Source of the DNA: an uncultured delta proteobacterium
GTDB lineage: Bacteria > Myxococcota_A > UBA9160 > SZUA-336
Direction of reading: 5' to 3'
Length of the DNA: 64,000 bases
Assembly (NCBI GenBank): GCA_963704165.1
Contig: CAVPHD010000001.1
Location: 500,607 to 564,606 of the forward strand
Shown here: positions 60,204 to 64,000 of the stretch, piece after piece
Position numbering within the stretch: the first letter of the stretch is position 1
How the letters are laid out: each line of letters begins with the position of its first letter
Position numbers and translations under genes: made by a program
The notes under the pieces: generated by a model
Told to the model about the DNA's origin: nothing
Seen by the model: the letters and a program-made list of their open reading frames with translations, nothing else
Databases searched by the model: none

Positions 60204-60270
60204 TGGAGCCGGAGGGGATCAAACCCTCGCGCCCAAGTTCCAAGCCCGGACGCAGTACCAACTCGGCCCC
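60204..60270 (-). other. tRNA-shaped 67-nt element (acceptor, anticodon and T arms; no D-arm; no CCA)
   Basis: Minus strand: GGGGCCGAGTTGGTACTGCGTCCGGGCTTGGAACTTGGGCGCGAGGGTTTGATCCCCTCCGGCTCCA. It has a 7-bp acceptor stem (including G3:U), a 5-bp stem with loop CTTGGAA (anticodon position TGG), and a 5-bp T-stem with loop TTTGATC. Only 14 nt occupy the place of the D-arm. Confidence 0.45.
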
Positions 60271-60382
60271 GAAGGGATCGCTCACCATGGCCCGCCCCAA
60301 GCCGTCCCAACGCGCTTGGAGGCGGGCCTTCTGGTTACGGCCACCAACTCCGGTGAACAGGAGAGCGGTGGCTAAACGGTCC

Positions 60383-61114
60383 TCATGATTCCTCCAGCGG
60401 CAGGGTCGCTAGAAACTTCGCCAACCGGTCTACGTCGGCGGCTGTCAGATCCATAGGCAGCGCGAGCTTGATAGGCATGTCCCGACGAAGTTGGAACGGA
60501 TGGACCATGAACCCAGAAGGGGTGTCAATTACTGGTGTGCGGTGAACGTCATCGTTCGGCGTACCCTGATCGCGCTGTCCGGATCCGCGTTTCTTGCTTG
60601 GCTTCCGCGAGCTCCGGGACTGAGCCGATTGCTGTCTACTAGCTCCACCTGCACCACGGCGGGGCTCGAAGTGGGGCGATATAGTCAGCTTCGCTTCCTG
60701 CATCGCGGAAAGGTAGAATCGCACTGCTTTATCGAGGACTTGGTTCTCTGCCTTGCCTCGTGTTCGGAATGCTTCCTTGAGCTGCGCGATGGTGCCAGAG
60801 TCGAGATCCACTCCTGCGAGAATCTCGCCGTACGCCTCTGAGATTGCGTTTCCTAGCGCCTCCGGCCACGTCGATGTACCATGGGCCTTCACGACGGCCC
60901 GAAGCCGATCGGTAACAATTCCGGGGCCTTGGATCATCCCGAGAAAACGGAGAGCAACGCGCAGATGGCTTTGGGTTGCGCCGGACATGCTGGTCATCAG
61001 GCTCGCGTCGATCGCCGGGGGAAGGGCGGTTTTGCTCAGCTTTCCGATGAAGCCCAGGAAGGTCTGGAAGGGTACGTAGGGCGGTCGAGCCGTTTCTTCT
61101 TTGCTCATCATCAA
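60383..61114 (-). CDS. hypothetical protein (243 aa), IS cargo: helical N-domain, basic Ser/Arg/Lys-rich linker, short C-terminal domain
   Basis: Track ORF 60383..61114: MMMSKEETARPPYVPFQTFLGFIGKL...LRVALRFLGMIQG...; linker RRGAGGASRQQSAQSRSSRKPSKKRGSGQRDQG; tail FMVHPFQLRRDMPIKLALPMDLTAADVDRLAKFLATLP. I cannot assign a family with confidence. Confidence 0.6.
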   Translation of the reverse strand: MMMSKEETARPPYVPFQTFLGFIGKLSKTALPPAIDASLMTSMSGATQSHLRVALRFLGMIQGPGIVTDRLRAVVKAHGTSTWPEALGNAISEAYGEILAGVDLDSGTIAQLKEAFRTRGKAENQVLDKAVRFYLSAMQEAKLTISPHFEPRRGAGGASRQQSAQSRSSRKPSKKRGSGQRDQGTPNDDVHRTPVIDTPSGFMVHPFQLRRDMPIKLALPMDLTAADVDRLAKFLATLPLEES

Positions 61115-61140
61115 CTCCGTGAATTACGTGGAGAGCGACA

Positions 61141-61422
61141 ATGGAACAGACAAGTCGAGTCGTGTCAACCCCAGCGGAGTACGTCACGGATGCAGTGACG
61201 GCGCTCGTGCGGGCGTATGGCGATGAGGCGGTAGAGCTGCGGGCCTTCCGTACCGCTGCGGACCGCGTAGCAGTTGTCGGTCCTGATGGAACTACGACCG
61301 GATATCCGATCTGCTTCGTGTACGAGTGGGATGCCCAGCTGTTCGAGCGCCTGAGTGCTGCATACGGCGCAGCCGATTGCGCGCAGCTCGAACGGCTGTG
61401 GACCCTCGCGAAGCCCTTCTAG
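61141..61422 (+). CDS. hypothetical protein (93 aa), IS cargo, divergent from the 243-aa gene
   Basis: Track ORF 61141..61422: MEQTSRVVSTPAEYVTDAVTALVRAYGDEAVELRAFRTAADRVAVVGPDGTTTGYPICFVYEWDAQLFERL.... Its TAG overlaps the transposase stop (CTAG). Confidence 0.5.
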   Translation: MEQTSRVVSTPAEYVTDAVTALVRAYGDEAVELRAFRTAADRVAVVGPDGTTTGYPICFVYEWDAQLFERLSAAYGAADCAQLERLWTLAKPF

Positions 61423-62378
61423 TACGAATCGCGCATCAAGCGCTTGCCATCGCCATTCCGAATCGCCAGCACCGTTCGATCGCCGTCGTCCATCTTGCGA
61501 GCGTTGTAGCGGAACTCGAACTCTGCCACGTAGCGATGCAGGTGCTTCGGCGAGACGTGGTGGAACGTTCCGTAGATCCCTCGCTTCAGCAGCGAGAAGA
61601 AGCCCTCGACGGTGTTGGTCGTTACGTCGCCGCGGGCGTACTCGTAGAGGCTGTGCTTCACCGCGTGATGGCCTCCCGCGAAGTGCTTGTTGAGCCCGCG
61701 ATATGGATGCGCCTCGTCGGTCATGATGCGCGCGCTAGGGTCAACGTGCTGGCGGACCTTGGCCTTCAGGTTCTGACCCGGACCCTTCGGGACGTGTGAA
61801 GCGCGTGCATTGCCACCGCGCTCGACCATCGCGAACACGGTCTCCTTGGGCGTGCGCTTGTTCTTGCCGTGGAGGCGCTGGTTGCGCATTCGAGTCCGGC
61901 CACCGACGTAGGTCTCATCAACCTCGACGGTGCCCTGGAGCTGCGGTGGCGTGGAGTGGTCTTCGGCCATCGCGAACCGGATGCGGTGCATCATGAAGAG
62001 CGCGCTCTTGTATGTGAGCCCGGTCTCCCGCTTGATCTGGAGCGCCGAGACGCCTTTCTTCGACGAGCACGCGCGCCAGAAGGCATGGCACCAGATGCGC
62101 ATCGGGATCGGGCTGTCCTCGAAGATCGTACCGACCCGGACGGTGAACTGGCGCTTGCAGCCCTTGCAGCGCCACAGGAAACGCTTGCTGCGCTCGCCGG
62201 TGGTGCGATCCTTCATCGCGTACACGTTCACGTCACCACAGCGCGGGCAGGCGGGCTCGCCGCCCCACCGCTGGGCTTCTATGAACTCGACCGCAACGCT
62301 TTCGTCGCGACACGCCTCTGGGAGTTGGGCGATGATCGAGTCCTTGTCCTGCCCGACCTTGCGTTGTCGTTGTGCCAT
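61419..62378 (-). CDS. IS1595-family transposase (N-terminal zinc ribbon + DDE domain)
   Basis: ...CPRCGDVNVYAMK...WRCKGCKRQFTVRVGTIFEDSPIPMRIW (zinc ribbon)...GVSALQIKRETGLTYKSALFMMHRIR (HTH)...VEVDETYVGG...IMTDEAHPY...TNTVEGFFSLLKRGIYGTFHHVSPKHLHRYVAEFEFRYN. Confidence 0.88.
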   Translation of the reverse strand: MAQRQRKVGQDKDSIIAQLPEACRDESVAVEFIEAQRWGGEPACPRCGDVNVYAMKDRTTGERSKRFLWRCKGCKRQFTVRVGTIFEDSPIPMRIWCHAFWRACSSKKGVSALQIKRETGLTYKSALFMMHRIRFAMAEDHSTPPQLQGTVEVDETYVGGRTRMRNQRLHGKNKRTPKETVFAMVERGGNARASHVPKGPGQNLKAKVRQHVDPSARIMTDEAHPYRGLNKHFAGGHHAVKHSLYEYARGDVTTNTVEGFFSLLKRGIYGTFHHVSPKHLHRYVAEFEFRYNARKMDDGDRTVLAIRNGDGKRLMRDSY

Positions 62379-62404
62379 GCCCGTAGACTAGAGGAATCAA
62401 CGGT

Positions 62405-62426
62405 TTGCGTCAAGTATCTAATTGCC
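62405..62426. repeat. right terminal inverted repeat (ttgcgtcaagtatctaattgcc)
   Basis: See the left repeat. The transposase ATG (62378) lies 27 nt inside it. Confidence 0.75.
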
Positions 62427-62434
62427 GAAGTTCT
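62427..62434. repeat. target-site duplication, right copy (gaagttct)
   Basis: Identical to 58855-58862. Confidence 0.7.
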
Positions 62435-63605
62435 CGGCTCGACGCCGAGCTCGCGATCGAGCTCGGCACCCTGCGCGAGAGGAGCCTGTACAGGCGTCTC
62501 CGGCGCATCGAGGGACGACAGGCGCCGCGCATGCGCGTCGACGGCCGCGAGTGCACGATGCTCGCCGGATCGAACTACCTCGACCTCGCGGGTGACGCGC
62601 GCGTGATTGCCGCCGCGCAGAGCGCAGCGGACGAGTACGGCACCGCCGCGGCGGGATCGCGGCTGATCAACGGAAACCTCGCGCTCCACGAGGAGCTCGA
62701 GGCCGATCTCGCGCGCTTCACCGGCCACGAGGCCGCGCTCGTCTTCAGCAGCGGGTACATGGCGAATCTCGGGGTGCTCGGCGCGCTCTGTGGACCCGAC
62801 GACGTGATCGTCTCGGACTCGTTGAACCACGCGAGCATCATCGACGCCTGCAGACTCTCGCGCGCACAGACGCGCGTGTTCCGCCACAACGACCCCGCGG
62901 ATCTCGCGCGTGTCGCCGCGGAGCTCGCCGGCTACCGGCGTCGGGTGCTGGTCGTCGATGGCGTCTACAGCATGGATGGCGACAGGTCGCGGCTCTCCGA
63001 GCTCGTGCCGATCGCGCGAGCTCACGAGATGATCGTCGTGCTCGACGACGCGCACGGTCTCGGCGTGCTCGGCGCGACGGGCCGCGGCGTATCCGAGGCC
63101 GAAGGCGTCGCGGTCGACCTCTCGATCGGGAATCTCGGCAAGGCACTCGGCAGCTTCGGCGCGTTCGTCGCCTGCTCGGCGCGCGTGCGCGAGTACCTGG
63201 TGAACACCTCGCGCAGCTTCATCTTCACCTGTGCGGTCGCGCCGCCCGCGCTCGGCGCGGCACGCGAGGCGCTGCGGATCGCGCAAGGGGAACCGGAACG
63301 CCGAAAGCTCCTGCTCGAGCGCGCGGAGCAGCTCCGCGTCGGCCTGCGTACGGCCGGCTACGACACGGGCGCGAGCACGACGCAGATCGTTCCGGCGATC
63401 GTCGGCGAGAACGACGCGGTAATGCGACTGACCGAAGCCGCGCTCGAGCGCGGCGTCTACGCGCAGGGCATCCGCCACCCGTCCGTGCCGCACGGCACGG
63501 CCCGGATCCGCTTCACGCCCACCTGCGCGCACACGGCCTCGGACATTGTCCGGGTGGTCGAGATCTTCGCGGAGCTTCGCGACTCGTGAGCGAGCGGCGG
63601 AGGCG

Positions 63606-64000
63606 ATGAGCCGAACGCGCGAGCTTCGCGAGCGCGACCAGCGCGCGCTCTGGCACCCGTTCACCCAGATGAGTGACTGGATGGATGGGCACCCCATCGT
63701 GATCGATCGCGGCGAAGGCAACTACCTGATCGACACCGAAGGAAACCGGTACCTCGACGGCGTCTCCTCGCTCTGGGTGAACCTGCACGGTCACGATCAC
63801 CCGACCCTGCGCGCTCGGATTCACGAACAGCTCGACAAGCTCGCTCACTCGACGCTGCTCGGATTGGCGGGAACGCCCTCGATCGAGCTGGCCGAGAAGC
63901 TCGTCGCCGTGGCGCCGCCTGGGCTCACGCGCGTCTTCTACAGCGACAACGGCTCGACCGCCGTCGAGGTCGCGCTGAAGATCGCCTTCCAGTACTGGCA
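63606..64000 (+). CDS. bioA: adenosylmethionine-8-amino-7-oxononanoate aminotransferase, 5' part (runs off the window)
   Basis: My translation from ATG 63606: [68 protein letters not shown]...[33 protein letters not shown]. Confidence 0.85.
   Translation, partial: MSRTRELRERDQRALWHPFTQMSDWMDGHPIVIDRGEGNYLIDTEGNRYLDGVSSLWVNLHGHDHPTLRARIHEQLDKLAHSTLLGLAGTPSIELAEKLVAVAPPGLTRVFYSDNGSTAVEVALKIAFQYW

Larger units (their letters stand above)
58863..62426 (-). mobile_element. IS1595-family insertion element carrying cargo genes (3564 bp)
   Basis: It is bounded by 22-bp imperfect inverted repeats (19/22 match) and an 8-bp direct repeat. It encodes a zinc-ribbon + DDE IS1595-type transposase at its right end. 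It is visibly less GC-rich than the flanks and interrupts bioF. Confidence 0.8.
62405..63589 (+). pseudogene. bioF: 8-amino-7-oxononanoate synthase, 5'-truncated by the IS insertion. The open frame now begins at a TTG inside the IS right end
   Basis: Track ORF 62405..63589: (MRQVSNCRSS)RLDAELAIELGTLRERSLYRRL...SNYLDLAG...SGYMANLG...NHASIID...VDGVYSMDGD...DDAHGLGVLG...GNLGKALGSFGA (PLP Lys). The first 7 codons are IS sequence. Confidence 0.82.

Noticed and set aside
60204-60270. Calling the element a functional tRNA-Pro(TGG) or tRNA-Ala, or an integrase att-site remnant.
   Set aside because: - It has no D-arm, the T-loop lacks the conserved TTC, no CCA is encoded, and the acceptor identity (Ala-like G3:U) conflicts with the anticodon (Pro).
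- No tyrosine or serine integrase is nearby.
- Both acceptor strands are present, unlike a 3'-half att duplication.

Overview
This is a very GC-rich (judged by eye, not computed) chromosomal segment from a diderm bacterium. It has about 60 tightly packed genes, many with 4-nt start/stop overlaps, and most are housekeeping.

Gene content by region:
- tatA-tatC, an IUNH nucleoside hydrolase, and a carboxylase/malic-enzyme block: a biotin carboxylase, maeB, a 915-aa biotin carboxylase-BCCP fusion, a carboxyltransferase and an Fsa-type aldolase.
- folK-lspA-mrcA, then argH-lipoprotein-dapF-dapA-dapB-ABC-F, then a PAS hybrid histidine kinase.
- A porin-glnB-glnA unit behind a near-consensus sigma-54 promoter; ygfZ; tRNA-Ala(CGC); an atypical Hsp70.
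- A His-rich protein followed by czcCBA.
- A sugar-kinase::SIS / DHDPS-like aldolase / family-5 ABC uptake cluster.
- eno, a BtuFCD/FecBCD-type ABC importer, comEA, ispB and bioF-bioA.

Two things stand out.
1. A 3.56-kb IS1595-family element (58863-62426) sits inside the first ~19 codons of bioF. It has 22-bp imperfect terminal inverted repeats and an 8-bp target duplication. Besides its transposase it carries four cargo ORFs (a NYN/LabA-like RNase with a zinc ribbon, a 243-aa and a 93-aa unknown protein, and a small membrane protein) and a 67-nt tRNA-shaped element with no D-arm. This cargo is my best candidate for an undescribed system, but its function is entirely inferred.
2. At least 24 reading-frame breaks occur in 12 otherwise well-conserved genes. 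All have the same sign (+1, one extra nucleotide) and they are strongly clustered. Patchy consensus insertion errors are the most likely cause, but this must be checked against reads.

All calls come from reading the translations. No database search was run. Start codons and frameshift positions are approximate to a few nucleotides.
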